A DNA stretch of 32,000 bases from an uncultured Clostridia bacterium (GCA_934647235.1 CAKUFG010000004.1:9580-41579), one strand, 5' to 3'. Numbered from the stretch's first letter, positions 16,698-25,480 are shown. Notes: generated by a model from the sequence alone, not told the origin. Numbers and translations are program-made.

Positions 16698-17729
16698 ATG
16701 ATCACCATCCGCGAAATCGCCGCCATCGCAGGCGTTTCCCGCAGCACGGTGTCGCTGGTGCTCAACAACAGTCCCCTGGTCAAGGCCGAAACGCGCGAAA
16801 AGGTGCTGGCCGTCATTCAGGATACCGGCTATGTGCCCAACAGCAACGCCCGCAACCTCAGCTGGCGCGCCACCAAGTGCCTGGGCATCGTCATCCTTTC
16901 CGATCAGAAGCGCTCCGCCAGCTATGATTATTCGCAGTCGGTGGGTCTGTTTTCGCTCAACGTAATGCAGGGGCTGATTGACCGCCTGGCCGACAGCGAA
17001 TACAGCGTGATCATTGAGTATTTTCTGCCCAGCGCCGCTCCCGGCGCGCCGCAGCTGCCCAAGCTCCTGCGCGAGCGCAAGGTGGACGGCGTGTTCCTGC
17101 TGGGCGGCTTTCTGGACGGCCATCTGCTGCCGGACTGCCTGGCCACGGGCATCCCGCTGGTGGCGGTGGGCATCGACTCGCCCTCTACCCTGTGCGACTG
17201 CGTGATTTCCAACCTGGAGGGCGGCACCTATGACGCGCTGATGGCGCTTTATCAGCGCGGCCGCCGCCAGATCGGCCTGATGAACTGCCCGCACACCTTC
17301 CTGTCCGCGCAGCCGCGCCTGCGCGCCATGCAGCGCTTCTGCCGCGATACGGGCACGCCCTTCCAGCCGGATATGGTGCTCTACGGCCAGCACAACAACG
17401 GCGAAAGCGCCTGCCAGGCGCTGCGCGAAAGCTGGCAGGCGGGCCGCCGTTTCGATGGGCTGGTGGGTGCTAACCCCCAGGCCGCCTTGGGTGCGATGCG
17501 CTTTCTGTACGAGACGGGTCTGCGCGTGCCGCAGGACGTTTCCATCATCTCCTACGAGGATAATTCCCTGTGCGGCTACGCCACGCCGCCGCTGACGGCC
17601 GTTAACATCCGCCAGGACGCCATGGGCGCGCAGGCGGCGGAGATGATGCTTTCCCGCCTGGCCGATCCCAAGCAGCCCATGCGCTCCATCGTGGTGCCTT
17701 CCTATATGGTTGAGCGCGAAAGCGTTTAA
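16698..17729 (+). CDS. LacI-family transcriptional regulator (343 aa)
   Basis: N-terminal HTH ITIREIAAIAGVSRSTVSLVLNN...YVPNSNARNL, followed by a periplasmic-binding-protein-like sugar-sensor domain. AAGGGAGG at 16680-16687. Confidence 0.9.
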   Translation: MITIREIAAIAGVSRSTVSLVLNNSPLVKAETREKVLAVIQDTGYVPNSNARNLSWRATKCLGIVILSDQKRSASYDYSQSVGLFSLNVMQGLIDRLADSEYSVIIEYFLPSAAPGAPQLPKLLRERKVDGVFLLGGFLDGHLLPDCLATGIPLVAVGIDSPSTLCDCVISNLEGGTYDALMALYQRGRRQIGLMNCPHTFLSAQPRLRAMQRFCRDTGTPFQPDMVLYGQHNNGESACQALRESWQAGRRFDGLVGANPQAALGAMRFLYETGLRVPQDVSIISYEDNSLCGYATPPLTAVNIRQDAMGAQAAEMMLSRLADPKQPMRSIVVPSYMVERESV

Positions 17730-17763
17730 CATAAAAAACCCGATCTTTTTCTTATTTTTAATT

Positions 17764-17779
17764 TTTAGACCGGTACAAA
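17764..17779. promoter_or_regulatory. operator O4 (palindrome copy) in front of flavoprotein gene 1
   Basis: TTTAGACC|GGTACAAA matches the consensus at 14 of 16 positions. It sits in an AT-rich spacer 8 nt upstream of the SD AAAGGAG. Confidence 0.55.
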
Positions 17780-17804
17780 AATCAAAAAGGAGCCGAAAAC
17801 AGCC

Positions 17805-19118
17805 ATGATTTCCGCTACTGTTCCCTCTTTGCAGTTTGATGTGCTTGTGGTGGGCGGCGGCCCGGCGGGCGTTGGCGCGGCGGTTGCCGCAGCGCGCATG
17901 GGCGCACGCACCGTCCTTCTGGAGCGCGGCGGCCTGCTGGGCGGCATGCTCACCGCCGGACAGGTACAGCCCATCCTGGGCAATGTCGCCCCAGGCAGCT
18001 TTTATGATGAAATCGTCGCCCTGCTGGCCGAGGGCCATGAGGATGTGCCGCTGACCGCCACGCGCAACGGGCGCGAAATCCACGTGGATGTGGAAGAGGC
18101 CAAGGAGCGCCTGCTGCGCCTGACGCACGAAAGCGGCGTGGAGATCTTCCTGCACACCCCGGTGGTGGAGGTGCTCAAGGACGGCTCCCGCGTGACGGGC
18201 GTGCTGGCAGGCACGGCGCTGGGCCTGCAGGAGTTGCACGCCAGCGTGGTCATCGACGCGACGGGCGACGGCTTTGCCGCGATGCGCGCGGGCGCGCAGT
18301 ATCACATCGGCCGCGAGCAGGATGGCCGCTGCCAGCCTGTAACCATCGAGTTTCTGGTCGATCATCTGGATGAAAGCCGGGCGCTGTCCTGCTTTGGCGG
18401 CAGCGATCCCGTCACCCTGCCCGACGGCAAAAAATACAGCCGGCTGTGCCGCGAGTGCTGTGAGCGCGGCGAGCTGCCCCAGAACGTATCCATCGTGCGC
18501 CTGCACAAAACCTTCTATCCCGGCGAGCGCAATGTGAACGCCACCCAGGCAAACGGCCTGGATATCCTGACCCCCAGGGACGAGGTAACAGCCGAGCTGA
18601 CCCTGCGCGCGCAGATTGACAGGATCGTCGCTTTCCTGCGCAAGTATGTGCCCGGCTATGAAAACTGCCGCGTCAAGTCCTCCGCCGCCACGCTGGGCGT
18701 GCGCGAGACGCGCCGTATCGAGGGCCTGCGCCGCATCGAGGATATCGATGTGGAAACAGGCACGCGCTGTCCCGACGTGGTGGTGCACAAGGCATGGTTC
18801 CTGATCGATATCCACAATCCCGCGGGCGGCGGCCAGGCCGAGGGGCACTCCCAGCCCGCCATTCCCTATGATATCCCCTACGGCGCGCTGGTTCCGCGCG
18901 GCGTGGACGGCATGCTGACCGCCGGGCGCTGCATCAGCGGCACGCACCGCGCGCACGCATCCTACCGCGTGATGGCCATCTGCCTGGCTACGGGTCAGGC
19001 GGCGGGCACGGCAGCGGCGCTGTGCGCCAGGCGCGGGGAGCTGCCGCGCGAGCTGGATTATCATCTGGTGCAGGATGCGCTGCAAAAGGCGGGCTGCACG
19101 CTGTTTGACCAGGAATAA
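17805..19118 (+). CDS. FAD-dependent oxidoreductase, FAD_oxidored (PF12831)-like, paralogue 1 (437 aa)
   Basis: N-terminal dinucleotide fold DVLVVGGGPAGVGAAVAAARMGARTVLLERGGLLGG, IDATGDG, LGVRETRRIEG, and the C-terminal AGRCISGTH...YRVM...TGQAAGTAAA. No signal peptide. Confidence 0.8.
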   Translation: MISATVPSLQFDVLVVGGGPAGVGAAVAAARMGARTVLLERGGLLGGMLTAGQVQPILGNVAPGSFYDEIVALLAEGHEDVPLTATRNGREIHVDVEEAKERLLRLTHESGVEIFLHTPVVEVLKDGSRVTGVLAGTALGLQELHASVVIDATGDGFAAMRAGAQYHIGREQDGRCQPVTIEFLVDHLDESRALSCFGGSDPVTLPDGKKYSRLCRECCERGELPQNVSIVRLHKTFYPGERNVNATQANGLDILTPRDEVTAELTLRAQIDRIVAFLRKYVPGYENCRVKSSAATLGVRETRRIEGLRRIEDIDVETGTRCPDVVVHKAWFLIDIHNPAGGGQAEGHSQPAIPYDIPYGALVPRGVDGMLTAGRCISGTHRAHASYRVMAICLATGQAAGTAAALCARRGELPRELDYHLVQDALQKAGCTLFDQE

Positions 19119-19137
19119 ACAAGGGGAGGAACCGAGC

Positions 19138-20520
19138 ATGTACAATTTTTCCTGTGCGCTGGATGAAAGCTACGCCGCGCAGGTGACGGTAGTGGGCGGC
19201 GGCCCGGCAGGCGTATGCGCCGCCATTGCGGCCGCGCGCAGCGGCGCCAAAACCCTGCTGATTGAAAGCGGCAACTGCCTGGGCGGCATGGCGACGCTGG
19301 GGCAGGTCAATCCTTTTATGACCTGCTATGACAAGGATGGCGACAATATGATCATCCGCGGCCTGTTCAAGGAGATCGTCGATCGCCTGGTCGTCCGCGG
19401 CGCGGCCATCGACCCTGGCGAGGTGCCCGCAGGCTCGGCCTTTACCTCCTATATCATCGTCGGCCACAAGCATGTCACCCCCTTTGACGCAGAAACGCTC
19501 AAGGTGGTGCTGGATGAAATGTGCTGCGAGGCCGGGGTGCAGGTGCTGTTCCACAGCACGTTCGTATCCCCTGTGATGGAGGAAAACCGCCTGACCGGCC
19601 TGGTCATCATGACCAAGGGCGGGCTGAAGCTGGTAAAGAGCGATATCGTAATCGACTGCACGGGCGACGCGGACGTTGCCTATCGCAGCGGCGTGCCCTG
19701 CGAGATGGGCGATGAGGCCAGCGGCCGCATCCAGCCGGTGACGATGTTCTTCCGCATCGGCAATGTGGATTCCGCCAGGGTGGAGGCCGATATCGATGCG
19801 AACCGCAATAACTTTTACCGCAAGGACGGCGTAAACTACCGCTCCTTCCACTGGCGGGTGGCCCAGGCCCGCGCCAATGGCGACTGGGATTTGCAGCGCG
19901 TATCCATCGGCATGTTCCGCGGCGTGCGCGAGGATGAGTGGAACATCAACACCTCCCGCATCATGGGCGTGGACGCCACCGATCCCGATCAGCTGTCCCG
20001 CGCCGAAATGGAAGGCCGCGAGCAGGTGCAGCAGATTTTCCGCTTTCTCAAAAAATACGTGCCCGGCTGCGAAAACGCCGTGCTGATGAGCACGCCCGCG
20101 CACATCGGCGTGCGCGAAACGCGGCACATCAAGGGCGAATATATCCTGACCACCGACGATGTGCTGCACGGCGTGCTCTTTGACGACAGCATCCTGCTGG
20201 CCGCCAACTCCATCGATGTGCACGGGCGCTTCGGCCCGATGAGCAACGAATACGTCACGGTGGAAAACGGCGAGTACTACGGCGTGCCCTACCGCTGCCT
20301 TGTGCCCCTGAAGGTGGAAAACCTGCTGGTGGCCGGGCGCAGCGTATCGGCCACTTCCGAGGCCGCCGGGGCCATCCGCGTGATGCCCCCCTGCATGGCG
20401 CTGGGGCAGGCGGCGGGCACAGCCGCCGCGCAGGCTGTCGCCGCGCATATCTCCCCCCGGCAGATCGACGTACAGGCCCTGCGCCATACCCTGCGCGAGC
20501 AGGGCGCATTCCTGGGCTGA
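19138..20520 (+). CDS. FAD-dependent oxidoreductase, FAD_oxidored (PF12831)-like, paralogue 2 (460 aa)
   Basis: VTVVGGGPAGVCAAIAAARSGAKTLLIESGNCLGG, IDCTGDADV, IGVRETRHIKG, AGRSVSATS...IRVM...LGQAAGTAAA. Start ATG 19138 follows AAGGGGAGGA. Confidence 0.8.
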   Translation: MYNFSCALDESYAAQVTVVGGGPAGVCAAIAAARSGAKTLLIESGNCLGGMATLGQVNPFMTCYDKDGDNMIIRGLFKEIVDRLVVRGAAIDPGEVPAGSAFTSYIIVGHKHVTPFDAETLKVVLDEMCCEAGVQVLFHSTFVSPVMEENRLTGLVIMTKGGLKLVKSDIVIDCTGDADVAYRSGVPCEMGDEASGRIQPVTMFFRIGNVDSARVEADIDANRNNFYRKDGVNYRSFHWRVAQARANGDWDLQRVSIGMFRGVREDEWNINTSRIMGVDATDPDQLSRAEMEGREQVQQIFRFLKKYVPGCENAVLMSTPAHIGVRETRHIKGEYILTTDDVLHGVLFDDSILLAANSIDVHGRFGPMSNEYVTVENGEYYGVPYRCLVPLKVENLLVAGRSVSATSEAAGAIRVMPPCMALGQAAGTAAAQAVAAHISPRQIDVQALRHTLREQGAFLG

Positions 20521-20532
20521 CTGATGCAGAAT

Positions 20533-20553
20533 GGTAAACGCCACGGCGTTTCC
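20533..20553 (+). other. small intercistronic hairpin (no T-tract)
   Basis: AAACGC (20536-20541) pairs with GCGTTT (20546-20551), with flanking GG/CC pairs. It lies between flavoprotein 2 and the binding-protein gene. Confidence 0.3.
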
Positions 20554-20580
20554 AAAATATAAAAGAAAGAGGTACCCCAC

Positions 20581-21936
20581 ATGAAAAAGGCACTCGCTTT
20601 CCTGACCGCGCTGGTGCTGCTGCTGTGCGCCCTCCCCATGGCCATGGCCGATGAGCAGCCCGACATCACCTCCTGGATCCTGTCCAAGGATCCCGCCGCC
20701 GTCACCGGCACCGTGCGCTTCTGGATTCCCTTCAAGGGCTCCCAGGGCATGGACGACATGATCGCCGAGTTCAACCAGACCTACCCCAACGTCAAGATCG
20801 AGCTGACCACCTACAACAACAACTCTGACGGCAACCTGGCCGTCAACGCCGCCCTGATGAGCGGTGAAATCGACGTGCTGGCCTCCTTCGGCCTGGCCAA
20901 CGCCTATCAGCGCTGGGAAAACGGCCTGTACATGGAGCTGACCGACTACATCGAAAAGTACAACATCAACCTGGTAGACAACTGGGGCACCGATGTGTAC
21001 AAGTACGAGGATACCTACTACACCTTCCCCTGCGGCGGCCTGAGCTACTATGTTTCCATTAACATGAACGATTGGAACGAAGCGGGCCTGGGCGAGCTGC
21101 CCACCGAGTGGACGTGGGATGAGTATCTGGCTGCCAGCGCCGCCATGACCAAGAAGGACGAAGCGGGCAACACCGTGCTGTACGGCGGCTCCGACTACCA
21201 CAGCGTCAACTACTTCACCTATGTATGGTATCAGGTAAACGGCCACGACCAGTACTACGGCGCGGACGGCCTGTCCAACTTCACCGATCCCCTGATCGTC
21301 AACGCCCTCAAGCGCGAGATCAAGGCCGAAGTGGAGGACAAGATCTGGTATCCCCTCGAGGTGTACCGCAACGATAACATCCAGACCCAGGACGTGTTCA
21401 TGGGCCACACCGTAGCCTCCGCCATCAGCCCCAACATGGTGCGCTTCATCCGCGATACCGAAAAGTATCCCACCCAGTGGATCACCGGTTTCGCCCCCTG
21501 GCCGGTAGAGGAAAAGGGCCAGACCAACTATATGGCGGGCGTATCCAACTTCTCCCATGCCGGCATCGCCGCCAACTGCGCCGATGAAGAGGCTGCCTGG
21601 TACTGGCTGGCCTGGTATTCCACCTACGGCTCCCGCTACCTGATCTGCGCCGGCCATCAGTCCTCCTGGAAGGGCACCGATACCAACGCGCTGGTCGATC
21701 TGGTATTCGGCAGCGAAGAAAACGCCCAGAAGCTGGTGGACGTGGAATCCTTCAAGCGCGTGGTTGTCAACTATGACAATCCTCCCTACACCGACACCAT
21801 CCTGACCGCCTACTCCGATGTGAACAAGGCGATCAACGAGTACACCCGCTATGCGCACCAGGGCCTGATGACCGCCGAGGAAGCCATGGCCCAGGCCAAG
21901 CAGGTTGCCGACGAAGCCATCAAGAACGCTGACTGA
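20581..21936 (+). CDS. extracellular solute-binding protein of a CUT1-type carbohydrate ABC importer (451 aa)
   Basis: Signal peptide MKKALAFLTALVLLLCALPMAMA. Family-1 binding-protein size and composition (aromatic/acidic rich). Followed by two MalFG-type permeases. Confidence 0.85.
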   Translation: MKKALAFLTALVLLLCALPMAMADEQPDITSWILSKDPAAVTGTVRFWIPFKGSQGMDDMIAEFNQTYPNVKIELTTYNNNSDGNLAVNAALMSGEIDVLASFGLANAYQRWENGLYMELTDYIEKYNINLVDNWGTDVYKYEDTYYTFPCGGLSYYVSINMNDWNEAGLGELPTEWTWDEYLAASAAMTKKDEAGNTVLYGGSDYHSVNYFTYVWYQVNGHDQYYGADGLSNFTDPLIVNALKREIKAEVEDKIWYPLEVYRNDNIQTQDVFMGHTVASAISPNMVRFIRDTEKYPTQWITGFAPWPVEEKGQTNYMAGVSNFSHAGIAANCADEEAAWYWLAWYSTYGSRYLICAGHQSSWKGTDTNALVDLVFGSEENAQKLVDVESFKRVVVNYDNPPYTDTILTAYSDVNKAINEYTRYAHQGLMTAEEAMAQAKQVADEAIKNAD

Positions 21937-21937
21937 T

Positions 21938-22000
21938 TTCAATCCCTGGGCGGATTGAAGCAACACAGCGCCCTCCCGCCTCGCCAAGGGGCGGGAGGGC
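21938..22000 (+). other. two consecutive intercistronic stem-loops after the binding-protein gene
   Basis: Hairpin 1: TTCAATCC (21938-21945) pairs with GGATTGAA (21952-21959). Hairpin 2: GCCCTCCCGCC (21970-21980) pairs with GGCGGGAGGGC (21990-22000), a perfect 11-bp GC stem. No T-tract follows. Confidence 0.5.
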
Positions 22001-22021
22001 CATAGAAATGAGGAAAACACC

Positions 22022-22951
22022 ATGTCCAACCCTGATCTGGCAGCCCGCAAGCGGCTGACAAGGCGCACCAGCGCCCTGCAGCGGCAGGAAACCCTCATCG
22101 GATATGCCTTCATCCTGCCCGCGCTGATTGTATTTCTGGTCTTCGTGGCCTTCCCCTTCTTCGCCTCCATCGGCCTGTCCTTTACCAAGTGGAATTTCCT
22201 GGGCGGCTGGAAAAAGCTCAAGTGGGTCGGCCTGCAGAACTTTGCCAACCTGGCCAAGGATCGCCGCTTCGGCCAGGCCTTTGCCAACACGTTCATCTAT
22301 TCCATCGCCACCGTGCCCACCTCCATCCTGCTGGCGCTGGTGCTGGCCTATATTCTCAACAACAAGGTCTATTGCAGAAAGCTGCTGCGCATGGCCTTCT
22401 TCATCCCCTACATCTCCAGCGCTGTGGCGCTGGCCGCCGTGTTCAAGTTCATGTTCCGCGACGACGGCGTGATCAACTCCATCCTGCTGGCGCTGGGCGT
22501 AAAGAACCCGCCGCAATGGTTTGTAAGCCTGCAATTGAACAAAATTCCCATCATCGTGATGGTCATCTGGACGGCCGTGGGCTATGAGCTGGTCATCTAC
22601 ATGTCCGCGCTGCAAAGCGTGCCCACCAGCCTGTACGAGGCCGCCGATATCGACCAGGCCAACGGCGTGCAGAAGTTCTTCTACATCACGCTGCCTATGG
22701 TGTCCCCCACCACCTTCTATCTGGTCATCGTGCGTATGATCGCCGTGTTCAAAATCTTCTCCTCCGTCAACATCATGACCATGGGCTCCACCTCCTACGC
22801 CAACACCTCCATGGTGGTGGAAATCTACAGCAACGCCTTTGGCAGCTACAAGTTTGGCTATGCCGCGGCGCAGTCCATGGTGCTGTTCGTGCTTATTCTC
22901 GTCATTACCCTGCTCAACTTCTGGGGACAGAAGAAGTGGGTTCATTATTAA
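22022..22951 (+). CDS. sugar ABC transporter permease (MalF-like, 309 aa)
   Basis: EAA loop YEAADIDQANGVQKFFYITLP; six-helix hydrophobic profile. Confidence 0.9.
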   Translation: MSNPDLAARKRLTRRTSALQRQETLIGYAFILPALIVFLVFVAFPFFASIGLSFTKWNFLGGWKKLKWVGLQNFANLAKDRRFGQAFANTFIYSIATVPTSILLALVLAYILNNKVYCRKLLRMAFFIPYISSAVALAAVFKFMFRDDGVINSILLALGVKNPPQWFVSLQLNKIPIIVMVIWTAVGYELVIYMSALQSVPTSLYEAADIDQANGVQKFFYITLPMVSPTTFYLVIVRMIAVFKIFSSVNIMTMGSTSYANTSMVVEIYSNAFGSYKFGYAAAQSMVLFVLILVITLLNFWGQKKWVHY

Positions 22952-22968
22952 AGAAAGGAGAACGCCCC

Positions 22969-23802
22969 ATGAAAAAGAATGAAAGAGCGGCCGCCATCGT
23001 GCGCACTATCGTCGTATCGCTCATCGCCGTGTTGTTTGTCGTTCCGCTGGTATGGATGGTGCTCTCCTCGCTCAAAACCGCGCCGGAGGTATTCGCCCGG
23101 CCCTTCCACTGGCTGCCCGCCAAGGCCCAGTGGCAAAACTACGCCACCGTGTGGATGAACGAAGAGGCCTCCATGCTGCGCGCCTTTGCCAACACGCTGT
23201 ATATCGCGCTGTTCAGCATCGTCGGGCAGATGCTCATCTCCTCTCTGGCGGCCTATTCCTTTGCCAAGATCAATTTCAAGGGCAAGCAGATCGTATTCAT
23301 GCTGTTCCTGTCCTCCATGATGGTGCCCAGCCAGCTGACCATCATCCCCCGCTTTATGCTGTTCAAGACCATCGGCCTGTACAACAACCTGTGGGCCATC
23401 ATCCTGCCCGCCTTCTTTGGCGCCACGTCCATCTTCATGCTGCGGCAGTTCTATATGGGATTGCCCAACGATCTGATCGAAGCCGCCAAGATCGACGGCG
23501 CGGGACATCTGCGCATTTTCCTGCGCATCATGCTGCCGCTGACCAAGGCCGCGCTGATGTCGCTGATCATCCTCACCTTCATCAGCAGCTGGAACGAATA
23601 TATGGCTCCGTTGATTTTCCTGGTCAAGAAGGAATTGTACACCGTATCGCAGAATATCCAGTGGTACATGCTCGATGAATTCAAGGAGCATAACCTCACC
23701 ATGGCCGCCGCCACCAGCGCCATCGTGCCGGTCGTGATCCTGTTTATCGTTGGGCAAAAATACTTTGTTGAAGGTATCGCCACCTCCGGCGTAAAGGGCT
23801 AA
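22969..23802 (+). CDS. sugar ABC transporter permease (MalG-like, 277 aa)
   Basis: EAA loop IEAAKIDGAGHLRIFLRIMLP. Start ATG 22969 follows AAAGGAGAA. Confidence 0.9.
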   Translation: MKKNERAAAIVRTIVVSLIAVLFVVPLVWMVLSSLKTAPEVFARPFHWLPAKAQWQNYATVWMNEEASMLRAFANTLYIALFSIVGQMLISSLAAYSFAKINFKGKQIVFMLFLSSMMVPSQLTIIPRFMLFKTIGLYNNLWAIILPAFFGATSIFMLRQFYMGLPNDLIEAAKIDGAGHLRIFLRIMLPLTKAALMSLIILTFISSWNEYMAPLIFLVKKELYTVSQNIQWYMLDEFKEHNLTMAAATSAIVPVVILFIVGQKYFVEGIATSGVKG

Positions 23803-23811
23803 GCACTTTTT

Positions 23812-25479
23812 ATGAAACAAACCTATACCATCGGCGTTGATTTTGGCACCCAGTCCGCCCGCGCCGTGCTGTGCCGCGTATCCGACGGCGCGGTGCTGGC
23901 GCAATCCGAGCACCCCTATGCCCACGGCGTAATGTCCGATCGTCTGCCCTGCGGCACGCCCCTGCCCCCCGATTATGCCCTGCAGCACCCACAGGATTTT
24001 CTGGACGCCCTGCACGCTGCCGTGCACGGCATACTGGAGCAGTCCGATATCGACCGCGCGGATATCATCGGCATGGGCATGGATTTTACCTGCAGCACGC
24101 CCATGCCCATGGGCAAGGGCGGCGTGCCGTTGTGCTTTGATCCTAAATTCGAACGCAATCCGCACGCCTATATCAAGCTATGGAAGCACCATGCCGCGCA
24201 GTGGGAAGCCGCGCGGCTGACCGAGCTGATGCGCGAGCACGACCCGGACCTGCTCGCCCACGTGGGCGGCAGGCTGTCCGCCGAGGCGTTTTTCTCCAAG
24301 GTATGGCAGGTGCTGCGCGAAGCGCCCGATGTGTTTGACGCGGCCGACCGCTTTCTGGAGGTGGGCGACTGGCTGACCCAGCAGCTCACCGGCAATGAAA
24401 ACCTGGCCTGCTCGCTGGCCGCGCATAAGGCGCAGTACCGCGAGGGCATTGGCTATCCGCCGATGCTGCAATACGCCGATCCGCGCCTGGCCGGCATGAT
24501 CGGCGCCAAGGTGCGCGGCAAGCTCATCGATATCGGCGCGGTCAGCGGATATCTGACGCAGCAGCGGGCCGCCTGGCTGGGCCTGCCTGCGGGCATCATC
24601 GTCACCGCCCCGCATCCCGACGCCATGGCTTCCCTGCCCGCGCTGGGCATCGCAGGTCCCGGCCCCGCCGCGCTGGCAGCCGGCACGTCCTCCGCCATGA
24701 TCCTGTGCCACTCTAAATTCCTGCCTGTGGAGGGCACCACCAGCATCATGCCCAACAACACCCTGCCCGGCCTGTACGGCTATGCCTCCGGCCAGGCGGC
24801 CTTCGGCGACCTGCTGGGCTGGTTTGTCAACCGCTGCGCGCCCGAGGAGGTATTCCGCGCCGCGCAGGCTGCGCACATCTCCGCGCATGAGGAGCTTTCC
24901 CGCCGCGCCGCGCTGCTGCGTCCCGGCGAAAGCGGGCTGATCTGCCTGGACTGGTGGAACGGCAACCGTTCCTGCCTGGCTGATATGCGCCTGAGCGGCA
25001 TGCTGCTGGGCATGACGCTGCAAACCCGGCCCGAGGAGATTTACCGCGCGCTGATGGAGGGACTGGGCTTTGGCCTGCGCTGCATCATCGATTCGCACGA
25101 GCGCGCGGGCGTACCCGTCCCCGCCCTGCATGTCAGCGGCGGCATCTCCTATAAGAATCCCGTGTTCATGCAGCTGCTGAGCAATATTCTTCAGCGCCCG
25201 CTCTACATTTCCAAGCCCCTGCCTACCCCGGCCGTGGGCATGGCCATCCTGTCCGCCTGCGCGGCGGGCGCGCAGAAGGGCGGCTACGATCAATTGGCCG
25301 AGGCTGCCGCGCGCATGAGCTGCCTGAGCGATATCAGCTATCAGCCCGACGCCAGCCAGGCCGCTGCCTACGACGCGCTGTATCAGGAATATATGACCCT
25401 GCACGATTATTTTGGCCGGGGCGCCAACGATGTGATGAAACGGCTGCGCGAGCTCTCCGCCGCCGCGAAGGAACAATAA
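23812..25479 (+). CDS. araB: FGGY-family carbohydrate kinase, ribulokinase (AraB)-like (555 aa)
   Basis: The N-terminus YTIGVDFGTQSARAVL...LPPDYALQHPQDFLDAL...IIGMGMDFTCSTP follows the AraB pattern I know from Bacillus (YTIGVDFGTLSGRAVL...LPRDWALQHPADY...IGIDFTACT). The length is typical of ribulokinases. The physiological substrate is uncertain because araA and araD are absent. Confidence 0.75.
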   Translation: MKQTYTIGVDFGTQSARAVLCRVSDGAVLAQSEHPYAHGVMSDRLPCGTPLPPDYALQHPQDFLDALHAAVHGILEQSDIDRADIIGMGMDFTCSTPMPMGKGGVPLCFDPKFERNPHAYIKLWKHHAAQWEAARLTELMREHDPDLLAHVGGRLSAEAFFSKVWQVLREAPDVFDAADRFLEVGDWLTQQLTGNENLACSLAAHKAQYREGIGYPPMLQYADPRLAGMIGAKVRGKLIDIGAVSGYLTQQRAAWLGLPAGIIVTAPHPDAMASLPALGIAGPGPAALAAGTSSAMILCHSKFLPVEGTTSIMPNNTLPGLYGYASGQAAFGDLLGWFVNRCAPEEVFRAAQAAHISAHEELSRRAALLRPGESGLICLDWWNGNRSCLADMRLSGMLLGMTLQTRPEEIYRALMEGLGFGLRCIIDSHERAGVPVPALHVSGGISYKNPVFMQLLSNILQRPLYISKPLPTPAVGMAILSACAAGAQKGGYDQLAEAAARMSCLSDISYQPDASQAAAYDALYQEYMTLHDYFGRGANDVMKRLRELSAAAKEQ

Positions 25480-25480
25480 T

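Noticed and set aside
16596-19145. 849-aa ORF on the minus strand
   Set aside because: It is antisense to the LacI regulator and flavoprotein 1, with the same Ala/Gly/Arg/His-rich shadow composition. It would also have to run through the AT-rich promoter and operator regions.
18988-22296. 1102-aa ORF on the minus strand, the longest ORF in the window
   Set aside because: - It is entirely antisense to flavoprotein 2, the binding protein and a permease, all of which carry clear family motifs.
- Its translation is a low-complexity Gly/Ala/Val/His/Arg/Asp string with no recognisable motif.
- It has no SD.
- This is the typical stop-codon-poor shadow frame of GC-rich DNA.
23812-25479. Reading the AraB-like kinase as evidence for an L-arabinose utilisation operon
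   Set aside because: No araA, araD, AraR/AraC-type regulator or arabinofuranosidase is present anywhere in the 32 kb. Three flavoproteins surround the kinase instead.
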